Position numbers and translations under genes: made by a program
The notes under the pieces: model-generated
Seen by the model: only the letters and a program-made list of their open reading frames with translations
The model's database searches: none
What the model was told of the DNA's origin: nothing
NCBI RefSeq assembly: GCF_009914755.1
Contig: NC_060938.1
From: the human T2T-CHM13v2.0 reference genome, Homo sapiens
Length of the DNA stretch: 64,000 nt
Direction: 5' to 3' (one strand)
Shown here: positions 41,983-56,378 of the stretch, in pieces
Layout of the letters: the number at the start of each line of letters is the position of its first letter
How positions within the stretch are numbered: the first letter of the stretch is position 1

Positions 41983-42820
41983 ACACAAAAGAAAAGTGAT
42001 TTTTTTTCATGCACTTTCATTCTATTATTGTAATCGGATCAATAAAATAAGTAAATCAAGATAAAATAGATGAGGCATTGTCCAAATATAGAAATATGTG
42101 GCAAGGCAAGAAGTACTATTACTATATGTTGAAAATATGAAATTCAATGAGAAATTAATGGTATGTGACTTTTACCTCTTTGGCTAATGATGCACAGTTT
42201 AAACTATAGACAATGTTCATGCTCTGAGTCTGTGGCAAATTTGAAGTTGTTCATTTTTAGAGAAAATGTAATATCCTCCCAATGAATGTTTGCCTTAATT
42301 ACTGGCTAAACGGTAGACACAAAGCAGGGAACCATTGCCATAAGGTCTCAAATTTTTTATCAACAGTCCTACTTTGTACACCTTAGAATGGGCTCACCTG
42401 AGTTGTCTCAAGCACTCCTTCATGCCCTCAGGCTGTACAGTTGCATCTGTGTGTTAGGAGCTTGGAGGCCACTGTAAGTAATAGTCAATGTTCTTGGCTT
42501 GAGTGCTTTTTTAAAGGATAGTTACTACAGTATTAAAAATTATACAATATATAAAAGAAGGCCAACTGCAGCCCAGTGACAAACATGAAATCCATATGAA
42601 GTAGTATATTGATTAATTCATTGAATTAATTCATTTAAGAAAACTGAGGATATTTAGTAAAGGAGTTACATTGACCTGAGAATGATTCTATACACATATT
42701 AGGGACATCGAGGCTTTTTTCAGGTTTTGTGCATTATAGCACTTTAAACATATTATTAGTAAATTGCTGAATTAATCAATAAACAATGCAGAAACAAATG
42801 AAGAAAAGATGGGCCATTTC

Positions 42821-42878
42821 TGGACCAATGATGATGACTGGTGGTGTATGAGTTAAAGGTGATGAATAGTAAGTGTCT
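42821..42878 (+). pseudogene. 3'-truncated SNORD114 copy (box D deleted)
   Basis: TGGACCAATGATGATGACTGGTGGTGTATGAG...GTGTCT, then a jump to ttagtggcaagttc further along the unit. Confidence 0.85.
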
Positions 42879-43203
42879 TTGTTAGTGGCAAGTTCAGAGT
42901 CGTTTGTTTTAAGAGAATATGAAATAAATATATTCCAAATAATGATGATTTAAGTGACTAAATGAAAGGTGAAAGGCAAGGATCATTGGAGGAATGTCTG
43001 AATTTTTAAATCATCTGTTCTGTTTATACTCCTCAGAATGGCCCCATTCCAGCTGATATAAGCACTCTTCCATGGCATGTGCACTATGGTTGGTTCTCTG
43101 TGTTAGGAGCACACAAACCATTGCGAGTATGCATTCATTTCCTCTCTTTACAAGGTGCAGTAAGTTGGTGTCAGTGATATACAAGAATCTTTGTGTTCAT
43201 GCA

Positions 43204-43736
43204 TTTTTTTTTTTTTTTGAGATGGAGTCTCTCTCTGTTGCTCAGGCTGGAGTGCAGTGGTGTGATCTTGGCTCACTGCAACCTCTGCCTCCCAGGCATC
43301 ATCATTGGTCCAGAAATGGCCTATCTTTTCTTCATTCGTTTCTACATTGTTTATTGATTAATTCAGCAATTTACTAATAATATGTTTAAAGTGCTTTAAT
43401 GCACAAAACCTGAAAAAAGTCTTGATGTCCCTAATATGTGTATAGAATCATTCTCAGGTCAATGTACCTCCTTTACTAAATATCCTCAGTTTTCTTAAAT
43501 GAATTAATTCAATGAATTAATCAATATACTACTTCATATCAATTTCATGTTTGTCACTGGGCTGCAGTTGGCCTTCTTTAATATATTGTATAATTTTTAA
43601 TACTGTAGTAAAATTAGCCAGTACAGATGGGGTTTCACCATGTTGCCCAGGCTGGTCTTGAACTCCTGACCTTGTGATCCACCCACCTTGACCTCCCAAA
43701 GTGCTGGGATTACAGGCATAAGCCACCACGCCTGGC
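43204..43736 (-). mobile_element. Alu whose centre is replaced by a 315 bp inverted copy of local DNA
   Basis: Alu parts at 43204-43296 and 43621-43736; TSD tgtgttcatgSatt; 43297-43611 is the reverse complement of 42522-42836. Confidence 0.92.
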
Positions 43737-44433
43737 TGTGTTCATGGATTCTTGAAAATTGTAAGGAATCACTGATAGAGTAGACAAACAAACACATAAT
43801 GAATAAACATCAAGGTGGTAAAGCGTGCTCATTGTTAAAATATACAGGAGGGAAAAATAGTATTAATATAAATTGGAACAAGTGTATTTTGTCTTAGACT
43901 AATGGTGATAACAGAAAGTGAGAAGTAACGGTTTTTGATCTGGTTCACTTGTGTATTTCATGTTTGATTTACTAAGAGAAAAAGAAATAAATATTGATGT
44001 AAATTTATAAATGTCTGAATGACTATATAAAAGGATAGAGGAATCTGTGGCTCAATGAAGAGAATGTGTAATCATCTTCTGTGCTCTGATTTGCATATTC
44101 TTCCATACTTACAAACTCTGTGTTTATATCTGTGTGTTAGGAGCATAGAGACCAACATCAGCAATGGTAAAAATTATCTTCGTTTGAGTGATTCAAAGAC
44201 AGTCAATCATGCTGATGTTTTATTTCAGATTGATATGCAGTAGTATTATGTTGATTAATGCTATGTGAAAAACTGAATTCATTTAAAGAAAGGGATTTAG
44301 GCTCTTTGTGATAGTATAGATGAATGTGAGTGATATTGAAGAGCTTATTTTTTGTGGTTTATGTGTATGTCTTTATTAATGAATTACTCAATAAACAAGT
44401 GTAGGTAAGAATGAAGAGAAAGAAGGCCAATCC

Positions 44434-44521
44434 TGGACTGTTGATGACAAGTGGTGGCTTATGTGGTTGTACATGCTGGTTGTATATGAAGAATATTACA
44501 TATCTGAAACTTTGAGGTCCA
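44434..44521 (+). pseudogene. Degenerate SNORD114 copy with internal duplication
   Basis: TGGACTGTTGATGA...atgtggttgtac-atgctggttgtat...TTGAGGTCCA; box D mutated. Confidence 0.8.
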
Positions 44522-45423
44522 AACACAAATAGAATCTAGTTCATTCCCGTGTTTAAAGTGATGTAATAGACAGATACCGGAAATATACAAGGAGTTTGTG
44601 ATTAGTCTTGTGAGCATGAGGTTTAAAAAGATTGTAAAAGTGGCAATAGCAGAATAAGCAAATACATGTACAAATAAAATAAAACAAATAAAAATGAAGA
44701 GGACAAAGCATTGTTCATTGCTGAAATATGCAGTAAGGAAAATATTGCTAATGTACATTGGAATGGATAATAAATGGACCACGTGTATAATATTTCTGAC
44801 TAAAGATGATAGAGACAATGGTAATAATTACTGATAAGTAATAGCCAGTTATTGCCCCAAGTCAATTACAAGTTTGAAGTTTATAAGAAGAAAAATAAAT
44901 AAATATTACCATAAATTAATAAATACCTAAATGACTAGGTGAATGAAAGAAAGAAATTATAGATCAACAGACAAAATATCTCAATCTTTTTATCATTATC
45001 TCCACCTAGCACCCTTCAGTGCAGATGCAATTAGCTGATTTGAGCACTCTGCAACAACGATCAAGTTTCTCATGTTAACTCCGTTCAAAAAGAGACCAAT
45101 GTGAATATAGTCTATGTTCTTGTCTTGGTTTCAGTTATTTGCTTGAGAGTATTCATGGTATTATTAAAAAGTATTAATCAAATAGTTATTTATGGCCCAA
45201 TAACAAGTATAATGTGAAATATGATGTTGATTAATCCCTAATGTTGACATCATTAAGTGAAAAAGATGGAATGTGTATGGGAAATGGTTGTATTGATAGC
45301 TGTTAGCACTATTCTAGCATTTTATTTTTGCATTTTTCTGACTCACTCATTTTCAGTGAATTAGTGATTCATTCTCTGCAAATGTAAGATTGAGTGAAGA
45401 AAAACCTGGCCAATGAGTATGCA

Positions 45424-45497
45424 TAGAACAACGATAACAAATAGTAGTGCAGGAGTCATAAACTATGAGTAATATGTGTGTGGAACTCTGAGCATCA
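45424..45497 (+). pseudogene. Degenerate SNORD114 copy
   Basis: TAGAACAACGATAAC...GAGTCAT...GTGTGTGGAACTCTGAGCATCA; box C and stem lost. Confidence 0.75.
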
Positions 45498-46435
45498 ACG
45501 CAAAACGTATTTAGTCTATTCCTTCTGTTTGGAATAATCCTACAGACAGATGTTTGGGATATATAAAGACCATGTTCTTATTTTAGATTCATAGATTAGA
45601 TTTGTTAATATTAGGGAATTCATGATAGGACCATTGAACAAATATAAGTAGATAGATAAAATTGAAGAGAGTGCAGCTCTGTTCAGCTATAAAAGTATAT
45701 AGTGGGGCAATCAAGATTATTAATACAAGTAGAGACAACTGACATCCATTAAGAATATATTGGATCAAAGATGTTCCTTCTTTCTTTGGCTTAAGATCAT
45801 ATAGACACTAAGAGTAAGAATCAATTTTATTGTTCTGAACCAGTTCCTCTAAGTTTGAGGTTGTCCCTTTCGTTAAGAGAAAAAACATATACTTCATGGA
45901 AAATTATGAAGTACCTGAATGATTAAGTAAATGAAATGCAGAAAGCAAGAATTATAGAGGATGAGGTGTCTGTTTTTTAAAATACTGACTCTGCTTTGTT
46001 TTCCTCAGAATGGGTGCACTTGAGCCGATTGAAACATTCCTCCTTGCATCTTTCTTCTGTGATTGCATCTATTTGTTAGTAGCATAGAGACCAATGTGAG
46101 TAATCATTAAAATTCTTCTCTTGGTTTGAGTGGTTATTTCAAAATACTCAATGAATTACTAAAAAAGTGCATACTATAATCAAAGATGTCGAGTAGTATT
46201 CTAGCAATAAATGTGGGACTCATGTGAAGCATTGTATTGATAATGCATCTATGAAAAACTGAGGATAGTGAATGAAACAGCTGTATCCATATTAGAATGA
46301 TTCATTGTAGGGATTAGGAATCTCTAGGTTCTTACTGGGATTTCATGAACCATGATTTTAAAATTTATGGTCAGTGGATTAATAAATCATTAATAAGCAA
46401 TTAGAAGTGAGTGGAGAGAAAGAGCACCTGTCCTG

Positions 46436-46506
46436 TGGATCGATGATGACTACTGGTGGCGTATGAGTCATCTACAGTGAATACGTCTCTGGAACTCTGA
46501 GGTCTG
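46436..46506 (+). ncRNA. SNORD114-20: Box C/D snoRNA, SNORD114 family
   Basis: TGGATCGATGATGA...CTGAGGTCTG. Confidence 0.88.
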
Positions 46507-47406
46507 TCACAAAAGAAATCTAGCCCATTTTCTATGTTTGATACAATCCTTTAGATGGGTATCATGAACATAGACTGGGTTTGTTTTTGGTCTTTGTGCT
46601 CATACATTTTCATTCTATTTTTATTATTGGGTTAATGTGAGAATCAATAAACAAATATAAAAATAAAGATATATTGGTTGAAGTGTTGCTCAATTATAAA
46701 AATAGGTGGTGAGACAAGAAATACTATTAATATGTATTGGAAATAGTGAAGTTCAAGGAGGAATAAATGGTACGTGTCTGTCACCTCTTTGGCTAATGAT
46801 GATATAGAGAGGATAATTATAGACAGTGTTTTTATTCTGGGTCAGTGGCAAATTCAGAATTGTTCATCTTTTTAAGACAAAGTGAAATAAATATACTGTA
46901 CTCTAAATAATGGTAGCCTAAATGACTAAAGAAATGTGAAAAGCAAGGATCAATGGTGATAATATGTCAAATTTGTTATCATCTTCTTTGCGCTGTACTC
47001 CTCAGAACGGACATCCTTGTTCTGTCTTGAGAATTCCTCTAGGGTCACATGCTCTGTTTGCACCGTGCTTAGGAAGGAGCGTGCAGACCAATGTGTAATG
47101 GTCAAAGTCCTTATTGTGGTTTGTTTAAGAGTAATCAATGTATTATTAAAAAGTGTGAAATACAGTCAAAGATGGTCAATGTTATCCCGATGGTAGACAT
47201 GGCAGTGACATGAAGTATTAATATAATACTGAGGATAATTAATGAAACAGATAATATCAATGTTAGAATGATTCTGGATACAGATCAGAAATATCAAGGC
47301 TGTTCTTGGAGTTTTTTGAATCATAGGCTTTGAAATTATTATTAGTGATTTAATGAGGCAACCAACAGACAATGTAAAACTGAATAGAAAAAAGGAGGGC
47401 CATTCC

Positions 47407-47477
47407 TGGATCAATGATGACCACTGGTGGCGTATGAGTCATATGTGATGAATACGTGTCTGGAACTCTGAGGTCCA
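47407..47477 (+). ncRNA. SNORD114-21: Box C/D snoRNA, SNORD114 family
   Basis: TGGATCAATGATGA...CTGAGGTCCA. Confidence 0.88.
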
Positions 47478-48357
47478 CCACAAAAGATACCTAGTCCATT
47501 CCCTCTGTTTTACATGAATCTATAGACTGATGTCAGGAATATAGAATGAAGTTGTTTTGGTTTCATTTTCATTCTAATGCAAGAATCAATAAACATATAA
47601 ATAAAGATAAAATGCGTGAACAGTGTACAACTATAAAAATATGTGTTGAGCAAGAAATACTATTAATGTATATTGAAATCGGTGAAGTACAAAGAGATAT
47701 TGTACATACCTGTTACTTCTTTGGCTTATAATAATGTAGACAGAATAAATTACAGATAATGTTCAAATTCTTATTCACTTGCAAGATCAAATTGTTCTTT
47801 TTCTTAGGAGAAAATGAAATAAATATTAGTCCACCCAATGAATGCTTAAAGGACAGGCTAAAGGCAAGGTGAAAAGCAAGGATCATTAGTGAGAATGTCT
47901 CAGTTTTGTTACCGTCTCTGCTTTGTATTCCTCAGAATAGATGGCTTGTGCTGATGGAAGGATTCCTCCCTGGTGACATGCTGTGTCTGCCTCTTGATTG
48001 GGAGCACGCAGACCTACGTGAGTAATCAAGTTCTGGTCTTAGTTTGGGTGGTTGGGTTAGGAGGATTTGATGTATTATTAAAAAGTCTGCACTGTAATCA
48101 AAAATGGCCAGCTGCAGCCCAGTGATAGAAATGGGAGTGATATGAAGCGTTATATTAACAATACATGTTTGAAAAACTGAGGATAATTAATGAAACATTT
48201 ATCAGTGTGAGAATGATTCTATATGCAGATAAAGAATATTAATATTAATGCTGTTCTGAGGCGTTTGTGAACCAAAGGTTTTCAAATTACTATTAGCAAA
48301 TTAATGAATTAATCATTAGACAAGGTAAAAGTGCCCAGAGAAAAATAGGACACATTC

Positions 48358-48428
48358 TGGATCGATGATGACTACCGGTGGCGTATGAGTCATATGTGAT
48401 GAATACGTGTTTGGAACTCTGAGGTCCA
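48358..48428 (+). ncRNA. SNORD114-22: Box C/D snoRNA, SNORD114 family
   Basis: TGGATCGATGATGA...CTGAGGTCCA. Confidence 0.88.
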
Positions 48429-49307
48429 TCACAGATAAAATCTGGCTTATTCTCTGTTTCGAATGGTGTTACAGACAGATTTAAAAAATATAGAATGTTT
48501 GTTTTTTCTGTGTGATTATGAAGTTTTCTTCTATTTTTATAATTGGATCAATGTGAGAATCAGGAAACAAATATATAATAAATAGAAAATGATTGAAACA
48601 CTGCCCAATTATAAAAATTTGTGGTAAGGCAAGAAATGCTATTAACACATATTGAAATCGTGAAATCTAGAAAGACATAAATGGCGTATGATATAGATAG
48701 TATAAATTATAGACAATGTTCATATTCTGAGTCAGTGGTAATTTTGAAGTTGTTCATTTTATTAAGAGAAAATAAATAAAAGAAATATAATCCAAATAAT
48801 GATTGCCAAAATGACTAATAACAGGTGAAAATCAAGGATCAATGTTGAGAATGTCTCAATTTTGTTATCTTCTCTGCTTTCTGTCCTTTCAGAATGATGC
48901 ACTTTTTATGATTTGAGAATTCCTTCATGGTCACGTGCTCTGTTTTTATCATGGTTGGGAGCCTGCAGAGCAATGTGAGTAGTAATCAACATTCTTATCT
49001 TGGCCCGAATGGTTTGTTTAAGAGGACTCAGGGTATTATCAAAAAGCCTATAATATAATCAGAATGGTCAACTGTATCTAAGTGATAGAAATTGGAGTGA
49101 TATGAAGCATTATATTGATAATGCATATATGAAAAATTGAGGGTAATGAAACAGATATATCGATGTTAGAATGATTCCATGTACAGATTGGGAATATCAA
49201 GACTCTTCTTGGAGCTCTTTGAATCAGACTCTTTAATGTTGTTATTAGTGAATTAGTAAATTAATCACAAAAATACAGGCATGAATTGAGAAAAGGAAGA
49301 CCAATCC

Positions 49308-49378
49308 TGGATCGATGATGACTACTGGTGGCGTATGAGTCATAGACAATGAATACGTGTCTGGAACTCTGAGGTCCA
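49308..49378 (+). ncRNA. SNORD114-23: Box C/D snoRNA, SNORD114 family
   Basis: TGGATCGATGATGA...CTGAGGTCCA, followed by a duplicated gtccatc. Confidence 0.88.
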
Positions 49379-50207
49379 TCGTCCATCACAATGGAAATGT
49401 ATACATTCCTTCTGTTTAAAATGATGTTATAGACAGATTTCAGAAATATAGAATGTAGTTATTTTTCTTGGGGGTTGTGTATTTTTATTCTATTTTTATA
49501 ATTGGATCAATGAAAGTAATCAATAAGATATAAATAAAATGGCACATAGTTTAATAATAAAAATATCTGGTGAAGCAGGATATTCTATTTATATATTAAA
49601 AACAGTGAAGTCAAAAGATAAATAATGGTATTATTTGTCATCTATTGGCTAATTATGGTATAGACATTATAAATTATAGATAATATGTGTGTTCTGGGTC
49701 AGAGGCAGGGTGAAAAGCCAGGATCAGTAGTAGGAATGTCTCATATTGTTATCATCTTCTCTGCTCTGTACACCTCAGAAGGGACATGCCTTTGCTGATT
49801 TGAGGATTCCTCTGAGGTTGGGAGCTAAGTTTGCATCATGCTTAGAAAGGAGTGTGCAGACCTGTGTGAGTAATATTCAAAGTCTTTATCTTGCTTTGTG
49901 CATTTTGTTTAAGAGGATTCTATGAATTATAAAAAGGTGTAAAATATAATTAAAGATGGCCAACTCTATCCCAATAATAGATTTGGTGGGATATGAAGTA
50001 TTATATTGATAATGCATATATGAAAAGCTGAGGATAATTAATAAAACAGGTATATTCGTGTTAGAATGATTCTGTATACATATTATTTAGACGTATACAG
50101 CTCTCCATAGGGCTTTGTAAATCATAGGATTTACAATTATTAGTAATGAATTAATGAATTAATCAACAAATGAGGCAGAATTAAATTGAAAAACAGATGA
50201 TCCATCC

Positions 50208-50278
50208 TGGATCGATGGTGACTGTTGATGGCATATGACTCACATATGATGAGTACGTATCTGGAACTCTGAGGTCTG
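50208..50278 (+). ncRNA. SNORD114-24: Box C/D snoRNA, SNORD114 family (mutant box C)
   Basis: TGGATCGATGGTGA...CTGAGGTCTG. Confidence 0.82.
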
Positions 50279-50501
50279 TCACAGAAGAAATCTGGCCTAT
50301 TGCTTCAGTTTCAAATGATCCTATAGACAGAGTTCAGAAATATAGAACATAATTTTTTTGGCATTTGTGTTTATGTATTTTCATTCTATTTTCATAACTG
50401 GTCAATGCAAGGCTCAATAAACACATATATAAATAGATACAGCTGAAAAAGTGGAAGCATTGGCCAAGTATAACAATATATGATAAGGCAAGAAGCACTC
50501 T

Positions 50502-50849
<348 letters not shown>

Positions 50850-51487
50850 TAAATGGTGTCTTCTGGTGACTTCTGTGGCTAATGATGGTATAGACAGTAC
50901 AAATTATAGACAACATTCAATTTCTGGGTCAACGACAATTTCAGAATTATGCATTTCTTTAGATAAAATGAATATACTGCAAATAATGATTGTCAAAATG
51001 ACTAACTAATGATAGGTGACAAGAAAGGGTCAGTAGTGACAACATCTCACTTTTGTTATCCTCTTCTCTGCTCTGTATTCCCTAGAATGATTGCACTTTG
51101 CTGATTGAAGGATTCCTTCAAGTCCATGTGCTCCACTTGCACCATTTTTAGGATGGAGCCTGGAGACCTATGTAAGTAATAGTGGAAGTCCTCACCTTGC
51201 TTTGGGTGGTTTGTTCAAGAGGGTTCAATGTGTTACAAAAAGGTGTATATTATAATCAAAGATGAGCAGTTGTATTTAAATAAACATGGGCCTGATGTGA
51301 GGATTATATTGAAGATATATACATGAGAAACTGAGGATAATTAATAAAATAAATATTCCTATATGTTAGGAATATCATGGCTATTCTTGTGGTTTTGTAA
51401 ATCATAGGGCTTAAAGTTATGGTTAGTGAATTAACAGATTAGTCAATAGACAAGGAGGAAACGAACCCAAAAATAGAAGATCAGTCC

Positions 51488-51558
51488 TGGATCGATGATG
51501 ACTACTGGTGGCGTATGAGTCTTTTGCGATGAATACGTGTCTAGAACTCTGAGGTCCG
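51488..51558 (+). ncRNA. SNORD114-25: Box C/D snoRNA, SNORD114 family
   Basis: TGGATCGATGATGA...CTGAGGTCCG. Confidence 0.88.
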
Positions 51559-52476
51559 TCACAAACAAAATCTAGCCTATTCTGTATGTTTGAAATTATT
51601 TTACAGACAACTGTCAGGAGTATAGAATGTATATGTTTTTGGTATTCATGTTTACATGTTTTGATTCTATTTTTATAATTGATCCATATGAGAATTAATA
51701 AACAAATACAAATAAAGATGAATAAATTCGAGCATTGTCCAATTATGAAACTAAGGGACAAGATAAGAAACACAATTAATGTATATGAAACAGCGACATC
51801 CACAGAGAAATAAACGGTACATTCCTGTGTCTTCTTTGGCTAATGATGGTATAGACAGAATAAAGTATAGGTAATGTTCAACTTCTGGGTCAGTGACAGT
51901 TTCAAAATTATTCATTTTATTTTCAGAAAATGAATTAAATATACTTCAAATAATGATTGCATGAATGACTAACTGATAGTTGAAAAGCAAATATCAATAT
52001 TGAAAATGTCTCAATTTTGTCATTATCTTCTCTGGTCTGTATTCCTCAGAATGAACAACTTGTGCTGTGTTAAGGATTCCTCCATGATCACGCGCCCCAT
52101 TTGTACACCATGCTTGGGAAGGTGCATGCAGACCAATGTTAGTAATAGTCAAAATTCCTGTGTCGGTTTGTGTGGTTTGCTAAACAGGACTCAATGTATC
52201 ATGAAACAGTGTATTATATAGTCAACTATGGTCAACTATGTCCCAGTGATATTTATGAGAGGGATCTGAAGTATTTATTGATAATGCATATATGAAAAAC
52301 GGAGAAGAATTAATGAAACAGATATATCTGTGTTAGAATGATTCTGTATAAAGATAGGGAATATCAAGTCTGTTCTTAGTGTTTTGTGAATCACAGAGTG
52401 TAAAATTATTCCCAGTGAATTAATGAATAAATTTAAAGACAACATAGAAATGAATGCAGAAAAAGAGGGTCAACCC

Positions 52477-52547
52477 TGGATCGATGATGAGCACTGGTGG
52501 AGTATGAGTCACATACGATGAATACGTGTCTGGAACTCTGAGGTCCA
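52477..52547 (+). ncRNA. SNORD114-26: Box C/D snoRNA, SNORD114 family
   Basis: TGGATCGATGATGA...CTGAGGTCCA. Confidence 0.88.
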
Positions 52548-53119
52548 TCGCAGAAGTCAGTTTCCTCTGTTTCAACTAACTCTGTAGATAGATGACAAGA
52601 ATAGAGAATGAATTTTTTTTGTTTATGAGTTTTTATTTTATAATTGGTTCAATGAAAGAATAAAACATATATGAATAAATAAATAAGTTATGCATTGTCC
52701 AATTATAAAAATGTGTGATGAGGTGTATTTAATACGTATTTAAATTGATGAAAGCCAAAAATAAATCTAACATACCTAACCTTTTTGGCCAATAATGAAG
52801 AGATAGTATAAATTATATGCTATTTTCGTGTTCTTGGTTAGTGGCAAGTTCAAAGTTGTTCATACTTCAAATAACGATTGCCTAAATGTTTAACTACAGA
52901 TAGGTAAAAAGGAAAGATCAACAATGAGAAAAATCACATTTTTGTTATTATTTTCTCTGCTCTGCACTCATCAGAATGGACGTACTTGTGATGATTTAAA
53001 GATGCCTCCAAGGTCACGTGCTCTGTTTGCACCATGCTTAGGAAGGAGCGTACAGACCAAAGTAAGTAATGGTCAAAGCTCTTGTCTTGGTTTGAGTGGT
53101 TTGTTTAAGAGGATTCAGT

Positions 53120-53345
53120 GTATTATAAAAACGTATAATACATTATAAAAATGTAATATATTGTAGGAATATATTATATATATTTCTATAATATAATGTA
53201 GTATAAAATACATTATAGGAAGATATAATACATTATAAAAGAGGTAATACATTATAGGAATATATTACTGGAATATCTTATATATAAAATATATATTATA
53301 GGAATATAATCTATATATAATATATTCCAATATATTATAGGAATG
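53120..53345. repeat. AT-rich degenerate minisatellite (aatacattataaaa / tatattataggaa units)
   Basis: Direct reading; lengthens one array unit by about 200 bp. Confidence 0.8.
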
Positions 53346-53591
53346 TAATCAAAGACGGCCAACTCTTTCCCAGTTAGAGGAGTGATAGGAAGTACTATAT
53401 TGAAAACACATATATGAAAAATGGAGAACAATGAATGAAAATATATATCAACATTATAATGATTCTATGTAGGGATTAGGAATATCAAAGCTCTTGGATT
53501 TTTAAAAACCAAAGATTTTAAACTTATTATCAGTGAATTGAGTTAATTATTAGACAAAGTAAAAATGCATAGAGAAAAATAGGAAGAATCC

Positions 53592-53660
53592 TGGTTCAGT
53601 GTTGACTACTGGTGTCGTGTGAGTCATACAATGAATACATGTCTGGAACTCTGAGGCCCA
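53592..53660 (+). ncRNA. SNORD114-27: Box C/D snoRNA, SNORD114 family (mutant box C)
   Basis: TGGTTCAGTGTTGA...CTGAGGCCCA. Confidence 0.82.
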
Positions 53661-54560
53661 TCAGAAAGTCAATTTCCTCTGTTTCACATGATTCTATAGG
53701 TAGATGTCAGGAATACAGACTCAGTTTGTTTTAGGTCTTTGTGTGTTATGCATTTATATTTTATTTTATAATTGGATCAGTGAGAATCAATAAGCAAATA
53801 TTTGAATAAATAAAGATGAATCAGGTTAAGCATTGTCCAATTATAAAAATATTTGATGAGGCAGCAAGCACTATTAATATGTACTGAAACAGTGATAGCC
53901 AAGGAAAAATGAATGATGCATGCCTTTGGCCTCTTGCGAGTGATAGTGTAGACAGTATAAACTATAGATAATGTTTAAGGTATGGGTCAGTGGCAAGTTT
54001 GAAATTGGTAATTTTCTTAAGAGAAAATGAAATACACTTCAAATAATGATTGCCTAAATGACTCATTAGATGAAGGTGAATCATGAGCGAGAAAGTCCCA
54101 TTGTATGCTCTGAACTCCTCTGTGCTTTGTGCTCTGCAGAATGGATGAATTGTGCACCTTGAAAAGTTCTTCCATGGTCACCTGAGGCATCTGCGTCATG
54201 ATTAGGCTCCGGATGACTAATGTGAGTAATAGTTAACATTTTTTACTTCCTTCTGGTGCCATTTTAAGAGGACTCATTGTATTATAAAAAGTGTGTGACA
54301 TTATCAAAGATGTCCGCCTGCATCCCAGTGAAAGATATGGAAACGATACGAAGCGTTGTATTGATAATGCATATATAAAAACCTGAAGATAGTTAATTAA
54401 GAGGTGTATCAATGTTGGAATAATTCAGTATACAAATTAGGAATATTAAAGTTATTCTCAGGATTTTTTTGAACTATAAAGTCTTAAAATTGCTATTAGT
54501 GAATTAACAAATCAATCCATAGACAGGGTAGAAATGAATAGAGAAAGAGATGAACAATCC

Positions 54561-54631
54561 TGGATCGATGATGACTGCTGGTGGCGTATGAGTCATATGC
54601 GATGAATACGTGTCTAGAACTCTGAGGTCCA
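54561..54631 (+). ncRNA. SNORD114-28: Box C/D snoRNA, SNORD114 family
   Basis: TGGATCGATGATGA...CTGAGGTCCA. Confidence 0.88.
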
Positions 54632-55521
54632 TCACAGAAGAAATCTAGCTCATTTTCTGTGTTTGATATAATCCTTTAGACAGGCATCAGGAATATTAGA
54701 TGAGTTTGGTTTTAGTCTTTGTATTTACATGTTTTAATTCTATTTTTGTAATTGGCCAATATAAAAACCAATAAACAAATGTATAAATAAAGATGAGTAA
54801 GGTTAATCATTGTCCAGTTGTAAAAAATATTTGGTGAGGTAAGAAACACTATTAATATGTATTGAAAATAGTGAAGTCTGAAGAGAAGTACATGTACATG
54901 TCTGTCACCTCTTTGGCTATGGTGATATAGACAGGATAATTATAGACAATGTTCAAATTCTTGGTTAATTGTAAGCTTGAAATTGTTCATTTTTTAAAGA
55001 GGAAATGAAATAAGTTTACTCCAAATAATGATAGCTTAGATGACTAACTAATGATAGGTGAAAAGCAAGGATTGATAGTTAAAATGCCTCTCTTTTGTTA
55101 TTATCTTCTTTGCTCTGTACTTAGAATGGACGTACTTGTTCTGATTTGAGGACTTCTTCATGGTCACATGTTCTGTTTGCACCATGCTTAGGAAGGAGCA
55201 TGTGTACCAATGTGAGTGACAGTCAGATTTCTTGCATTTCTTTGGGTGGTTTATTTAAGAGGACTCAATGTACTGTGAATAAACATGTAATATAATCAAA
55301 GATGGTGAATTTTATCTAGTGAGGGATATTGGAGTCAAAAGAAGTATTATATTGATAATTCACATATGAAAAACAGGATAACTCATGAAACATTAATATA
55401 GGAATTATTTGGGATATCTTTTTGGGTTTTGTGAGTCATAAGGTTTAAAGTTATTATTAGTAAATTAATGAATTAATCAACAGACAATGTAGAAAATAAC
55501 AGAGAAAAGAAGGGCCAATCC

Positions 55522-55590
55522 TGGATCGATGATGACTACTGGTAGCATGAGTCATATACAGTGAATACATGTCTGGAACTCTGAGGTCTG
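55522..55590 (+). ncRNA. SNORD114-29: Box C/D snoRNA, SNORD114 family
   Basis: TGGATCGATGATGA...CTGAGGTCTG. Confidence 0.88.
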
Positions 55591-55758
55591 TCTCAAAAGA
55601 TATCTAGTCTATTTCCTGTTTCAAATGATCCTACAGACAGATGGCAAAAAATAGAATGTATATGTGTTTGGTTTTCATGTTTATGAATTTTTATTTTACA
55701 TTTATGATTGGCTCAATCAGAGAATCAGTTAATAAATATACAAATAAAGATGAATAAG

Positions 55759-56068
55759 GGCCGGGCATGGTGGCTCACACCTGTAATCTCAGCACTTTGG
55801 GAGGCCAACACGGGTAGATCACTTGATGACAGGAGATCGAGACCTACCTGGCCAACGTGGCGAAACCCTATCTCTACTAAAAATACAAAAATTAGCCAGG
55901 CATGGCGGCATGTGCCTCTAATCCGAGGACTTGGGTGGCTGAGGCACATGGATTGCTTGAACCCGGGTTTCAAAAATTGCTTGAACCTGGGAGGCTGCAG
56001 TGATCCGAGATCACGTCACTGCAGCTTGGCAACAGAGCAAGATTCTGTGTCAAAAAGAAAAAAATAAA
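55759..56068 (+). mobile_element. Alu (diverged) with a small internal duplication attgcttgaaccYggg
   Basis: Dimer and A-rich tail. Confidence 0.92.
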
Positions 56069-56255
56069 AAGGATAAGATTAAGGATTGTCCAACTATAAA
56101 AATATGTGGAAAGACAAAAAACACTATTAATACATACTGAAATTGGTAACAACTAAAGAGAAATCTTGCATACCTGTTACCTCTTTGAATGAGATAGACA
56201 GTATAAATTTTGACCGTATTCAAGTTCTGGGTCAGGGACAATTCCAAAGTTCTTT

Positions 56256-56327
56256 ATTTTCCCTTCCTTTCTTCCTTCCTTTCTTTCTTTCCTTTCTTCC
56301 TTCCTTTCTTCCTTCCTTTCTTTCTTT

Positions 56328-56378
<51 letters not shown>

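Noticed and set aside
47390-47515. Conserved external stem between the upstream gagggcca and downstream tggccc/ctct flanks
   Set aside because: Suggestive in the consensus, but the pairing is not maintained copy by copy and I see no covariation by eye; it would need an R-scape analysis.
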